Numbered from the whole stretch's first letter, positions 45,510 through 58,216 are shown. The stretch: DNA of 63,954 nt, filler included, from Craspedostauros australis (GCA_030167865.1; 17 parts of 17 records of this genome joined end to end with filler, not necessarily neighbours in it); one strand, 5' to 3'. Program-made: numbers and translations. Notes: generated by a model not told the origin, from the letters alone.

Positions 45510-47083
45510 TCATCCGGTCTGTTGGGATCCGACTCCGAGATCAGCATACCGACTTTCGATGATGTGCCATGGGATGTTGGAGTGCCCAGTATCGCAGCAT
45601 TTGATGACACTTCATTGGTGAAGGATCGAGGAGTGCTGGCTGCATCTGCATCTGCATCGACGCCGGTGTCTTCGCCTGCAGCTGCATCTGCATCAACCCC
45701 TGCACCAGAGTCGGTATCATCGAAGGGATCTCGAGGATCGAATGTGAGTCGCAGTAGCGCTCAGACTGGCAGTAGCAGCGGCAGTGGCGAGAGCGGGAAG
45801 TCTGCAGAAAGATCAAGCGTGAAGTCTGACGGAGACAGGAGTAAACCAAGCAGCCAAGCATCCAGCAGAGCTTCATCAAAGGGATCATCGAAAGGATCAT
45901 CGAGCAGGATCTCGTCGAAGGCTGCGGCGAAGTCTTCATCCAAGCGATCTCTCCCCCCACCATCTCCAAAGCCATCGCCAGTGCCAGTGCCATCAGAACC
46001 TCAAACTTCTTTTGCGCCCTCTTCTGTGCCGACCCGTCCTCCAAAGGTCTCAGCTTCATCTCGCTCATCCTCTTCATCAAGATCATCTGGATCAAGGGTC
46101 AGTGGTGATGCCAGCCATTCACAACCAGACATCATCACGGCAGCAAGTAGCGAAGCCTTCCATGGTGGTAGCCTCGCAGGAAGTGCGAGCAGAAGTCAAA
46201 GCAGAAGCAAGAGCAACAGCGACAGCTCGAGATCAAGATCTGGGTCAAGATCGGGATCACGAGCAACCAGTGCAAACTCCGCTCATCAACTTCCCATCTC
46301 AGACATCATGGTTCCGTCACCACAGACAGAGCAGCAAGCTCCTGTTGATAGTGATCATGACAGTGACTACGGCAGCAGATCTAGATCTAGTCGATCTGTG
46401 TCTACACGTCAATCTCATGGAAGCTCGATGANNGGTGGCAGTCAGTCACAGAGATCGCAACCATCACAGTCATCGCGACAGTCTGAGACATCTCAGCACT
46501 CGAACCAATCTCAAGCATCTCGTACGGCACCAAGTCACAACAGCAATGCGAGTGCAATCAGTCGGGCAAGTCGGACCAGCCCCTCCCATTCTCGTTCCGT
46601 ACACTCGCAGTCTTCAATCAAGTCACCGATACAACAGCAACTGCAACTCGAGGCACTCTCATTCAATGGATCTGATTCTTCAGCACATTCAGAACAATCA
46701 CATCGCTCAAAGCAATCAGACGGATCTCGGTCCCACCCTCAGTCGCAGTCTGAGGGTCACTCTCAATCTCAACTCCAGTCCCAACCAAACACACAAGGCT
46801 CCGTCACATCGCATTCCAGCAGCACAAGCCGAGCCTCGTCCAGGACTGGAGATCTATCCAGCACTGGGGACCAAAGTGCAAACATGAGTCAAACAGGAGG
46901 CGTAGATAGCAGTGGCCGATCTCACAGCTCACGATCTCACAGCTCACAACCTCATTCAGAGTCGTCTGGAGACTCTCACAGCAAGACATCGAACACGAGC
47001 AACAGAAGCGCACAAGCTCGTGACGTTGTCGCACCTTCGTTTGCATCTTTGCCGACATCTCCATCAGCAAGCCATGCTTCCAG
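45510..47083 (+). CDS. Internal fragment of a very Ser-rich low-complexity protein
   Basis: Open across essentially the whole contig (over 520 codons); S/Q/R/H-rich; no recognisable domain. Confidence 0.6.
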
Positions 47084-47183
47084 NNNNNNNNNNNNNNNNN
47101 NNNNNNNNNNNNNNNNNNNNNNNNNNNTTAATTAATTAANNNNNNNNNNNNNNNNNNNNNNNNNNNNNNNNNNNNNNNNNNNN

Positions 47184-48459
47184 GATGTCTTCCGCTCCGA
47201 TCACCATCGCCACTTCGTTGGTAGACTCTTCTTCGGTGCTGACGAGGTCTTCATCGTAGATGACCTCATCGAAGAATCCGTCGTCTTCGGTGGACTCGTC
47301 GTCGGACGGGAAGAGTTCGCGGTTGATGCGCTCGGCGGCGACTGCTGGTGGTCTGTAGTGACCATACACCCCTGGGTGGTGGGCCGCCCGCTCTTCCGCT
47401 GTCCACTCGGAGCCTTGGTTTGGTTCTTCGTTGCCTTGGTCGGCCATCTCTTCGTCGGTGGACGTGAGGGCGAGGTCTTCGGTGGTCTCCTCTTCGGGAG
47501 GCATCATGGCGTNNNNNNNNNNNNNNNNNNNNNNNNNNNNNNNNNNNNNNNNNNNNNNNNNNNNNCTTGGGTTGGTCACATTTTTGACCTCTGTCGAATC
47601 AAGTTCGAACTCGTTGGTGAGGAAGCACATCATTTCCGTGCTATCCATGGACTTGTCGTCCTCGGGCAACCAGGAGGGCTCCTCAATCATGGCTAGGGCA
47701 ACGTCGTCGGCCTTCTCGTTGGAGGGTAACCACATCTCTTCGTCAACTTCAACGAAGGAGTCGTAGCCAGCCACATCGTCTTCGGTAGTCCGCCACATGT
47801 GTTCTTCGACCATCACGAGGGCGACGTCTGTCTCTTCCTCCATGCCGTCGGTCGCCACGTTTGCGGCCTCGGCTTCTTGCATCGCTGCTTTCAACTTGAA
47901 GCAGTCGAGGATCTTGTGCCCCTTCTTGCCGCAGTACTTGCAGTTTCCGTTGAACTTGTTCTTGGTGGGGGTGTCACCTCTCTTGTTGTTCTTCTTCAAG
48001 GCCTTGTTGTTCTTGTTCTTCGGGGGAGAGCGACAGTCCGCCTTCTTGTGCCCGTAGGCACCGCAGTTGCGGCAGTACCCTTTGAAGCCGCCCGTGGCAG
48101 CGAGAGCCATTTCCTNNNNNNNNNNNNNNNNNNNNNNNNNNNNNNNNNNNNNNNNNNNNNNNNNNNNNNNNNNNNNNNNNNNNNNNNNNNNNNNNNNNNN
48201 NNNNNNNNNNNNNNNNNNNNNNNNNGTGAACTTGAGCTCGATGAGCTTCACATCCATCTCGTAGTCCCTTGCGAGGGCGTTGAGCACGAGCATGTGGTAC
48301 TGGGTCATGTCCAAGTCGACGCCGGCGTGGGAGAGGCGCCCGCGGAGCACTTCCATCTCGGTGAGGAACGTGTCTGGGTGTTCTCCCTTCTTCATGCGCA
48401 TCCCGTTGAGCTGCGCCAACAACTTTGCCTTCATAGGCGCAGTGCGCTGCTCGTAGATA
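47184..48459 (-). mobile_element. Copia gag fragment (gag capsid-like region + two CCHC knuckles + acidic spacer)
   Basis: MKKGEHPDTFLTEMEVLRGRL...LNALARDYE; CRNCGAYGHKKADC; CKYCGKKGHKILDC. Confidence 0.85.
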
Positions 48460-48559
48460 NNNNNNNNNNNNNNNNNNNNNNNNNNNNNNNNNNNNNNNNN
48501 NNNTTAATTAATTAANNNNNNNNNNNNNNNNNNNNNNNNNNNNNNNNNNNNNNNNNNNN

Positions 48560-49405
48560 AAGCAGAGGCATAGGCAGAAGCGATTTCGTCATTCTCGAAC
48601 TGTTGGCCTGGATGTTTAAGACGTAGTTGTTTCGCAAAGGCTGCACGCTGTGTGAAATGCTGTCGTTGTTTGATGGGGCAGGTGAAGATGCTGCTGCCTG
48701 CGTCACTTCGCTTCTTGCATTCGAGCGTCTCCGTTTGGAATGTCACAATGTTGCGTCTCACTGTGGTGCGATTGATACCCCATGCATGGGCGATCAACTC
48801 TGCATGTGCTGGAATCCCACCCAAATTGAAATAGAGAACAGTGTAGTTCCGATTGTCTTCTTTGTCAAGGCGTTTGCGAGGAATACCAGGCTTAGCAATA
48901 CTACACCCTCCATCCTTTCGCAACCATCCTTTTGTTTTCGCGCCTCTCTTCATCTGCTTCGTGAGCTGGGCGATTGCTGTTGCTTTCTGACGCCGCGAGA
49001 CCTCGAGAAAAGCTGCGATTTTGGCTTCTTGCGATTCTGTGGTAGTTGGGGATGGTGTGGGGGGCTTAGCCTTGTTGTTGACACGCACGGCAGCGGCGGA
49101 GTGATGCTGGGGAGAAAGGAGGGAAGGCTTAGGAAGGACACCAGCACTGCGAGTCCGTGCGAAGGTAGCGAGGCTGTGTGGCGCGCACAGATCCTCACGA
49201 ACGATGTACATGTGCCCTCTGGACATCACTGGGGTCACCATGACCATCTTCACCTCTCCTGGTGCAAGAGGCCCATCCCGTTTGACTGTAGCGCCGTCCG
49301 TGGTCTGCTTCATCAGCAACTGGATATGGCACACACCGAGGTCATGAACCCTGCCATGTGAGTCCGTGTGGGATGACACCTTCACACAGTCACCAGCGAG
49401 CATCA
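48560..49405 (-). CDS. Hypothetical protein with HTH-like segment, possibly a DNA-transposase N-terminus, 3' partial
   Basis: IAHAWGINRTTVRR followed by KKRSDAG resembles transposase HTH plus linker; no catalytic domain is visible. Confidence 0.35.
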
Positions 49406-50630
49406 TGCTTGCAAGGTGAAGAGTACAGTGATTGCAGGATGATACAACTATGTCCAATGTGGGTGAAGGTTGATAGAACTGTGTTATTGTGTGTGCTTGT
49501 TTGAAGTGATGGTTTNNNNNNNNNNNNNNNNNNNNNNNNNNNNNNNNNNNNNNNNAGCTCATCATCTTCCTGTTTTCTACTTCTTGGCTCCACTAATGGT
49601 GCTATTCACCATTGTCCATCGTGTTGTAACCATGCCAAACTGCTGGTTACTCCTGCTAATTAGTGTATCTGCATCCAAACATGTGCTATGACACATGTTT
49701 GGAGGTCTAATAGAGTCTCTTTGATCCTCTTGGATCATCTTCCTAATTTTGTCTTGNNNNNNNNNNNNNNNNNNNNNNNNNNNNNNNNNNNNNNNNNNNN
49801 TTAATTAATTAANNNNNNNNNNNNNNNNNNNNNNNNNNNNNNNNNNNNNNNNNNNNAGGAAGAATGGAACACCCTGGCGACATGGTGGCAACACAGTAAG
49901 TGGCATGCGATGAACAAGCTGAAGAACGATGGTGACGCACCAGCGTCATTTTGACTCCAAGAGAATGTGGTTCGTTAAAGCATCGGAATTCGCGCGTAAA
50001 AACACATGAAATGAGGTGGAGAACACCGTTTTTGTATGAAAAAGTATTTTTCTGATGCACTAATGATGGAGATTACCGCGCCTCCCTGCGATCTGCACAT
50101 TTCGTGCACAACGTCGCATTCGTCAACATTCGTACGCTCATCCGGACATCTGTCAGCATCTTCCCAACGATCTGCACATTTTCCCCGCATCCGCACATTT
50201 GTCGACATCTTCCCTGCAAACTGCACATTCCCCGCGCATCCATGCATTTGCTGACAACTTCCCTGCAAGCTGCACATTCTCTGCACATCCGGGTCATCTC
50301 ATGTTCTCATACGTATTTATGTCTTATTTATGTCTGTGTTATGTCCGATAGGACATGAACACGATCCTGCCTCTTGGCCATCACAGCATCACTTCCACTT
50401 TAATTTTAGTACTAATTAGCAACAAACAACAGAGAATTAAGGTTCATACTAGTGTATTGGGGAAATAGCTAACGCCTCAATTGCATTCAATCATCCTTTT
50501 CTTCTTTGGTATGATTCTTTCGTGTGATCAATGATGTTAGTCTATGCAGTATTGACTAGACATAGAATATGATTTATGTCTCAGTGAGGACCGAATCATG
50601 TCGTAGTTATGTCTTGGGAATTGTGGTTGT

Positions 50631-50830
50631 GCAGGGAAAATGCATGCGCAGGGGAAAATGCATGCGCAGGGGAAAACGCATGCGCAGGGGAAAACGCATG
50701 CGCAGGGAAAATGCATGTGCAGGAAAAGTGCAGTGCATGTGCAGGTGCAGTGCATGCGCAGGGAAAATGCAGGCGCAAGGAAAAGCGCAGTCGAAGTGCA
50801 GTGCATGCGCACGAGCAGGGAGCAGGGGAA
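50631..50830 (+). repeat. 18-bp minisatellite GCATGCGCAGGGGAAAA(T/C), degenerating rightward
   Basis: At least 4 near-perfect units followed by degenerate copies. Confidence 0.9.
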
Positions 50831-51074
50831 ATAGACGACATTTTCCCGGATGTAGGGAAAATGTCAGCATTTCCTGTTATTGTTTTCCTGTATTTCCCAG
50901 CACTACAAAACGAGTCCCATTGCATCTGTTAGGCATCATGTGTAGTGCTTTGTAAGAACTTCACATGTACCATGNNNNNNNNNNNNNNNNNNNNNNNNNN
51001 NNNNNNNNNNNNNNNNNNTTAATTAATTAANNNNNNNNNNNNNNNNNNNNNNNNNNNNNNNNNNNNNNNNNNNN

Positions 51075-51343
51075 AGGGAGAATGTGTTGAGGCCGATGGG
51101 GGGTATGGTGGGCCCCATGTGCTGAAGCCAACCAGCTATGTGTCGAAGTCGAACAAACAAGCTAAGTCCAATGCTCGTGCGCGCCACGAAACAATCAATC
51201 GGCAATTCAAGAGATGGGCGATCTTGGGGACTCTCTACAGGTCAGATAGAGAACGCCATAAGGAGGTGTTCAAAACAATTGCCTTTCTCACACAACTGTC
51301 TATTCAATCTGGAGGCTTCAGTCCATACCAAGTTAATTACTAG
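51075..51343 (+). mobile_element. C-terminal fragment of a PIF/Harbinger-like (DDE_Tnp_4) transposase
   Basis: Degenerate ADGGY-like codons near 51092, then ARARHETINRQFKRWAILGTLYR...HKEVFKTIAFLTQL (third catalytic E motif). Confidence 0.7.
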
Positions 51344-52535
51344 AGTCAAGAGTGATCCACATCCTATTGAATGCCACAATCACTTCATCGTNNNNNNNNN
51401 NNNNNNNNNNNNNNNNNNNNNNNNNNNNNNNNNNNNNNNNNNNNNNNNNNNNNNNNNNNNNCAAACCCGAACGGGGTTTGTTGGTAGAACAGTGATACAA
51501 CGTATTTTCCATAGAAATGACATATATGCATATTTCCCTCAACTCCCAGACAAAGAGACGCCGCCGTGAGCGCGTCGATGTCTAAGATGTGGTGGCGTGC
51601 TGGTCACGAGAAGCTCACTATCTCGAACGCAGTGTGTCGGAGGCGAGTTGTTTGCGAGAGTACACGTAGGTAGATTGTACACGAGCAGACTGATTCTCGT
51701 TACATTGCACGGTGAGCTGCTCCGTCCACTTTCTCCATCGCATGCAAGCGAGGTTGCCTTGGAGACACCGCCTGAATGCCTGGCGACGTCGATCTTGTGC
51801 CGGTACCTTATGGGGAAGCAATTGTTATTAGCCTGTTGCTGCAGACGCTTGCTCGCACGAAGTATATACGTCGAACCAATTGTCGCACAATGAAGACGGG
51901 CAGGATGGAGAATACCACTCCAGAGTACTCTACTACGCTACTCGCAGAGTGCCCCGAGATGTTTCGCCTCTTCTGATGAGGATATGGTCATCCGTTTGGC
52001 GTCGCCACCCAAGTCACCAACGCCACTTCTTCGCAGGGCGAGATATCCCACTTGCGAGTAGCTCGTACCCAAGTCAGCAACAAGCTACGACCTGGTGGGC
52101 TGATCTGAGTTCGCAGTGCCAACTGTACGAGCTATTCCACCAGAACACTGGGGAGCATGCAATAGTTCGATGGTAGGAATGGTCCTCTGGAAGCACCTAC
52201 GCTCTACTATACTTGCTACTCTACTCCGCGACCCTGTGGCTGCTCTCAGGATCCTTGAAGCCGAACGCTGCAACAAGCACGGCGGCGAAGAAGTCGCAAA
52301 TCAAAACTGGACGGTTCTTCGACTCTTCCTCTCGTTCACTGCTGCGGTGCTCTGCTCTCAAATATTGTATGATGCGATCTGTGAATAGAGTACCGTGCTC
52401 TCCAGTACTCTCCATACGAGAACTTTCTGAAGATTTCTAGATGCTGTAGCAACTGTACTCCGACTGCGCGGCACCTTGATCAAAACTCTGACTTTCTATC
52501 TGGGCTCCTATTATCCCTTTACGACCGGAGCTTAA

Positions 52536-52568
52536 CGCCCATATTATGGGCGATATAATGACACTAGT
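52536..52568 (+). mobile_element. Helitron-type 3' terminus
   Basis: Hairpin CGCCCATA-T-TATGGGCG (52536-52552), 11-nt spacer, CTAG (52564-52567), then T and a T-rich flank. Confidence 0.6.
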
Positions 52569-52691
52569 TGTTTTTTGAACGAATTTTCCCTNNNNNNNNN
52601 NNNNNNNNNNNNNNNNNNNNNNNNNNNNNNNNNNNTTAATTAATTAANNNNNNNNNNNNNNNNNNNNNNNNNNNNNNNNNNNNNNNNNNNN

Positions 52692-54295
52692 GATCCACCT
52701 TGCTCTGTCTGAATCCCATTTCGATCAGGATGTCGACCAGCTTCTTGTTCCATTGCCTGGCGCTCTGCACGAGCCCATAGATCGTCTTCTTGAGCAGCAA
52801 GCATTCGTCGGCCTCGTGCCTCATGCCTTTCGGGCATTGCATGTAGATCTCCTCTTCGAGATCCCCATGCAAGAACGCTGTCTCGAAGTCGATGATGATG
52901 CAGTCCATTCGAAGAAGCATCTTNNNNNNNNNNNNNNNNNNNNNNNNNNNNNNNNNNNNNNNNNNNNNNNNNNNNNNNNNNNNNNNNNNNNNNNNNNNNN
53001 NNNNNTACCCACATGCAACCAGTCGGGCGCGGAACACGCCGTTCCTCTTCTCCTTGAACACCCATTTGGTCTTCACGCATCGTCGATCGTCCGGCATCTC
53101 GCTCTTCTTGATCTTCTACCATACTCCTCTTCTGGCCATGTCGGTGAACTCCTTGTTGATAGCCCCACGCCACTTCTCTATCTTCTCGGGATCAGCATGA
53201 TCCCAGCACTCCTCGAACGTCGTTGGATCCAACATCACAGCCGTGTTGGCTTGTTCGGACCATTCGTCATTTCGTTCGTTCTCAACATCCTGACTCGCAG
53301 CGATGAAGTCGATAAGTCTCATCCTCCCTTGGGTAGTATCGATCATCATGCCGGCGACGTCCCTGTTGAACATCGACCCATCTGTATGGAAGCTGGGTCC
53401 TCCAGTAGCCGCGGGGACTATCATCGTCTCCTGCGCAGTGTCGTAGCCATCCTCATCCCCTGATGCTGATGCTTCGCCTGCCTCCGATTCCGAATCCGAT
53501 TCTGATTCTCGTTCCCTTTCCTCTTGGGGAATCGGTGAGTTGTTGTAGCCAGCCAGGCCGCTCAACATCCTTGGTACGCGCGCCAATGGTCTCACGGGAG
53601 TGCGTGCAGTCGATCGCTCAGTAGCCGAATCGATCCGCCCCGCACGGTCGTTGTCCCTTCCGGATTCATCGTCCTTATCATTGTCCGACAGTTCTTCCCC
53701 TTGGGCGGGTAGCAAGTCATCTTGCTCTTGAGCGGTGTCGTCTGTGTCTCTCGTTGTGTGTCCGGCTCTTCCGCTCCTCTCTGCGACGCCGATCTTCGCC
53801 TTCCTCGCGATATTCGAACTTCGCCCCCAAGTCACTCTCTTTCTCTGGAAAGCGTCTCCAGTGTCAGAGTTGTCGTCTTCCAGATCATGTATTATCGATC
53901 TGTTGGCATTCTCAACACCCTTGAACTGCCCATACGACTGGTTCATCCATGTCACGTCTCGTGTGATTAGGATCCTTGCCGTTGCGAGGTTCATCATTCG
54001 GTATACACCGCTCGCATGTGATTGCCCGTATCCGACGAACATAGCAGGCTTGGACCGATCGTCCAGTTTCGCCTTGATCACTCGGCCTCCGATGAACACC
54101 ATGCCAATCTCGCCGAACAAACGCAGCCCGTCCACGTATGTGGGAGTCTGCCCATTGAATAGCACGCAAGCCGGTTCTCTCGACTTCGTTCCAATGATGT
54201 TCTCGAGTTGTGTTGCTGTTCTTGCTGCTTCAGCCCATAGCTTTCCTCGTAGGTGCTTTGGTAGGTGGGTCTGATTGAGCATCGCCCTGACCTTT
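52692..54295 (-). mobile_element. Copia pol fragment (integrase C-terminus + reverse transcriptase) with in-frame stop at 53116-53118
   Basis: LWAEAARTATQLEN, AKLDDRSKPAMFVGY, ITRDVTW; KWVFKEKRNGVFRARLVACG; DFETAFLHGDLEEEIYM; KTIYGLVQSARQW. Confidence 0.92.
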
Positions 54296-54395
54296 NNNNN
54301 NNNNNNNNNNNNNNNNNNNNNNNNNNNNNNNNNNNNNNNTTAATTAATTAANNNNNNNNNNNNNNNNNNNNNNNNNNNNNNNNNNNNNNNNNNNN

Positions 54396-54678
54396 TGGAA
54401 CGCCGGAGGGTGTCCAAGACGTGTCTGAGACTATCTGCAGAAGCCGTGCATGAGACGACATCAAAATCATCGCCGAAGTCGCCGTCGTTTCTGCCGCTGT
54501 ATCCTCTGTTCGATCTCTTTATTGCCATCCTTTCGTTGTACTGCGCGATGCGGCGCTTGAAATTCTCAAAAATGAGAGGCCAAGTTCCGTTTTTGCATTT
54601 GCCTGGTTCCTTCTTGATTTCCAGGTAGGCGAGGCAAAGCATCNNNNNNNNNNNNNNNNNNNNNNNNNNNNNNNTCAT
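54396..54678 (-). CDS. Paralog of the 55255-56496 Myb/SANT-like protein, 3' partial
   Basis: MLCLAYLEIKKEPGKCKNGTWPLIFENFKRRIAQYNER aligns with ILCLEFLKVVKGPGKCAKGTWALISRNIKKSIQAHNKR; ATG at 54678 lies just before a small N gap. Confidence 0.6.
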
Positions 54679-55254
54679 TTTGGAGAAGAAGTGGGGATGT
54701 GCTGTGTGAGTATCGGCGGTGATGGTATTCCATGGGCTGTCCTTGGACTCTTCGCTCAAGCTTTTATGGAGGTGTCTGTTGTTGTGTTGGATTTGGTGAC
54801 GCCGGATTGTGTTGTTGTGTGCCTCCTGGTTGGGGTTTTTGGGCGACTTTGTGGAAACAGGATCCGTGGATGCTTCCAGTGATGCCAAAAGATACGGTTG
54901 CACTCGGTCGAGTCAATCGCAGTGATTTGGATTGAGGTGGCTTTCTCGATGAGAACCTCTCTCTGATCAGAGAGGGCTGGTGTGGCGGAACCACAAACGA
55001 GACCGACTGTGTGCCATTCATCTGTACAACAGATGCTCTCTCATTCCATCAACGAACCCAAACGTTGCATGAATCTCATCGCTTGCCTCGATACAGTGAG
55101 TGATAACTTCATTCATCTAATATTTACAAGAGAGACCAGGGGGTTTATCTGAACGCTGTGCGAGCTGAGGATAGGGCGTGGTGCTGGTCTGTACACTCCG
55201 TGACTTCATTCCTTCATTTGTTGATGAATATGGAACGATCGACATCTCTATCCT

Positions 55255-56496
55255 TCAAATGGTTCGATCACCACGAGCCTCCTCCACTTGTTTCTTGGCC
55301 TTCTCCACCTGGAGCTTGAGGATGATTTCTTGAATGCGCAGTTCGTGGTAGTTGCGCTCAAGTTTAGCTACCCGGAGCTGTTCGCGGAGCAACTTGGTAT
55401 GCTTGCTGCCTTGCAACACTTGAGGCGACGTGATCGTTGCGGTTTCCATTGGCGCTGTCCTTCTTGTTGTCTTTAGGCGCCCGAGTGGATAGACGTTGTC
55501 ATTCATGTCGTTGTGGTGGTGTTGATGCCGACGACGTGTGCGTTTTGGTCTGGGATCGTCGCTGATTTCGTCGGCGCTCTCCACGTGAATATCATCGTCC
55601 GTGTTGCTGTCCATTTCATCGCTATCTGCAACGGTGAGCGCGTTCGAATGACATGTGCCGGGATCTGCAGATACACGACGACGCTTGCGCTTCCGTGATG
55701 GGTTGCGAGCAGTCGCACGTCGTCGGTCTATGAGTTGCCGAGGTGGATTTCCACTGCTGTATACAGTGGGCCTAGCGTCGTCGACGTCGTCGCGACTCGT
55801 GACAATGTTGGGTCTGTTGGGAGCTATTGACGCATCCTCTTCCTCCTCTTCATGTTCGTCATCGCCATCGGTATTGCGTGTGTCGTCATCTTCGTTGTTA
55901 TCATCGCTATCAGGTTCATGATCTGAGTGTTGGCTGTCGCGACGGCCGATGGCACAGGCAGATGTTTTGGTAGATTTGCGCGCGATGAGGCGAACTGCCC
56001 GAAGCGTTGGCCGTGGATTGCATGTGGAGGCAGCTGAAGAATGATCTGCAATTTGAGGAGCGTCTTTCAAGATCCTCCAGCACTCCAACAGGCAGTCTCT
56101 GGTCAACCCCACCCTCATGCCACTGGCTGTGTATGATTGGTGCCAGCGGTCGACCCACTGAGCTTCGCGTTTTTTGGATCTGTGAGGGTTCGGTGGGCGC
56201 TCTTTTCGGAGACCGAGGATGCGACACCGGATTATGCTGAACATCTTTCGATAACGCGCGGTGTCGTAAACGCATGAGATCTTCTCGATATCCCCTGCTG
56301 ATGCCGCAGGGTTCTTGCGAGCTCCCTTTGCATACTTCTTTGCGACTCTCTTGTTGTGTGCCTGGATGGATTTCTTTATGTTCCGTGAAATGAGGGCCCA
56401 GGTTCCTTTTGCGCACTTACCTGGTCCTTTGACCACCTTCAAGAATTCAAGGCACAGTATCCGCACTTCCCCAGCAGTCCAGGAAGCACGCGGCAT
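55255..56496 (-). CDS. Myb/SANT-like (trihelix-type) DNA-binding protein with acidic linker, NLS and C-terminal coiled coil
   Basis: SWTAGEVRILC...TWALIS pattern; RKRKRRR; LLREQLRVAKLERNYHELRIQEIILKLQVEK heptads. Confidence 0.6.
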   Translation of the reverse strand: MPRASWTAGEVRILCLEFLKVVKGPGKCAKGTWALISRNIKKSIQAHNKRVAKKYAKGARKNPAASAGDIEKISCVYDTARYRKMFSIIRCRILGLRKERPPNPHRSKKREAQWVDRWHQSYTASGMRVGLTRDCLLECWRILKDAPQIADHSSAASTCNPRPTLRAVRLIARKSTKTSACAIGRRDSQHSDHEPDSDDNNEDDDTRNTDGDDEHEEEEEDASIAPNRPNIVTSRDDVDDARPTVYSSGNPPRQLIDRRRATARNPSRKRKRRRVSADPGTCHSNALTVADSDEMDSNTDDDIHVESADEISDDPRPKRTRRRHQHHHNDMNDNVYPLGRLKTTRRTAPMETATITSPQVLQGSKHTKLLREQLRVAKLERNYHELRIQEIILKLQVEKAKKQVEEARGDRTI

Positions 56497-58216
56497 TGTG
56501 TACGTACTCGTGTGTGTTCGACTGTGGTGCACTTGCTTTCGTTGAGTTCGTGTGGCTGCGTTTGCGCCTGCTATCTCTTGGAAGACGGTCGTTTGGGGAC
56601 GTGGGGATTTGTCCTCTCCTCTCTCTCTCTCTCTCTACGACTACGGCACCATGCAATGGAGATGACGTGCGATCTATGATACGTATCTGCGATGTTGGAT
56701 GGAGGTGACTGTTTCGGATGGATTGTGTTGTGTTGTGTTGTGATCGAGCCCCTCGGTCTTTGTTGTTGTTCTGTGTCGCGGGGAGTGGTGCTGATTGATT
56801 TCGATTCGCGTTGCGCGACTTCGCTGATGGTCACAGATACCTCTGCAAAAGATACTTTCTGGGATGCTCTGGGGTTTTGGCGAGATGGATTGCGCTTCGT
56901 CGATCGCGAGGGGGACAAGTGAGGCCTGCATTCCCTTGCCAAAGATGAGGTCTACCTTTGCGATCTATTATATTATAATGTTAGATTGTATTCTGCTATA
57001 ATATAGAATACTACGACTATGCCAGTTGTATCCACCCACAGGAGGGAGGTTTCCACATTCCAACAACAGCGAGCGTTTGAAAACGAGACCAGTCCCAAGG
57101 GGACTGCAGATAGACTGCAGATAGATTGCAAATCGGTCAGAAGCTCCATGTATGCTCTCCGAGTATGACAAGTAATGCATATTTCATGAGGGAGCATTGC
57201 TGTTGATTTGCACACGGTAGAGTAGAACAACAGTATGCTAGTGTCTCCTGGCTTGGGTGGAGGCCAATTTTTTTGGTAACCATTGGTAACAATTGGTAAC
57301 TAGTCGTATGAGTCAATTTCGCCGTAGACGCTGGTACATTTTGTACGTCAGTCCCACACGAAGTGGCCCCAATACTACCATTTTTGACACAAACCTCCTC
57401 GGCAAGTCCATGCCGCTCCGTTTGTTTGAGCTCTCCTTTGGTGAGCACTATCATGTGTGGCTTTTAATCATCCTCTCCAACTTTGATGGCGGTTGGTTGG
57501 GTAGTGGTTGAGATCTGTTTGTTTCTTTGGAGCAGGCACTCGTTGATCCCATTCACGAATGCCAATCACCGCGATGTATCGTGGCGAATTTCTGTGTGCC
57601 CCAGCGCGTGTTAACACGCGGTGGAAATGATCACAAAACATTGTGGTGCCAACCNNNNNNNNNNNNNNNNNNNNNNNNNNNNNNNNNNNNNNNNNNNNTT
57701 AATTAATTAANNNNNNNNNNNNNNNNNNNNNNNNNNNNNNNNNNNNNNNNNNNNTCCATGTCACATCGACAGGGTCAGGGGATGGCTTAACGTTACAAGC
57801 GATAACTCTCTAATGTCGAACGATTTGGCACATGTCAACGTGTAATTAACGCGCATCAAACAAACGACACCTTCAGAACGTCTTCCGTGACTGGGTATCT
57901 CAGGACAGATTCCCAAGAACATTGAACCTTCGGCAAAAAGCAACGAATTTTGTGCTGTTGGACCACCTGTCTGATATGTTTGCATAGATAGATCCATAAA
58001 ACTTCAACTAGGACATGACTAAAAATGTGTTGGTTGATTCCTTATGAGGAGATTACAAGGAGTACGAATATGTGCTTGGTTTGGATATCGCAGACCAAGA
58101 ATTAGAATGCCTATTTCTAAGTGCAGGTCNACCCGCTCGAGGGGCTCGTAACGAAAATGCCGTCTTGTTTTTACGCAGTGCATGTCAGGAATGACAGATG
58201 TAATACTCTGAAACCG

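Noticed and set aside
45510..47083. Ser-rich ORF as a silaffin-like biomineralisation protein
   Set aside because: Only a short SSKGSSKG stretch, Lys-poor overall, and the N-terminus/signal peptide is not visible.
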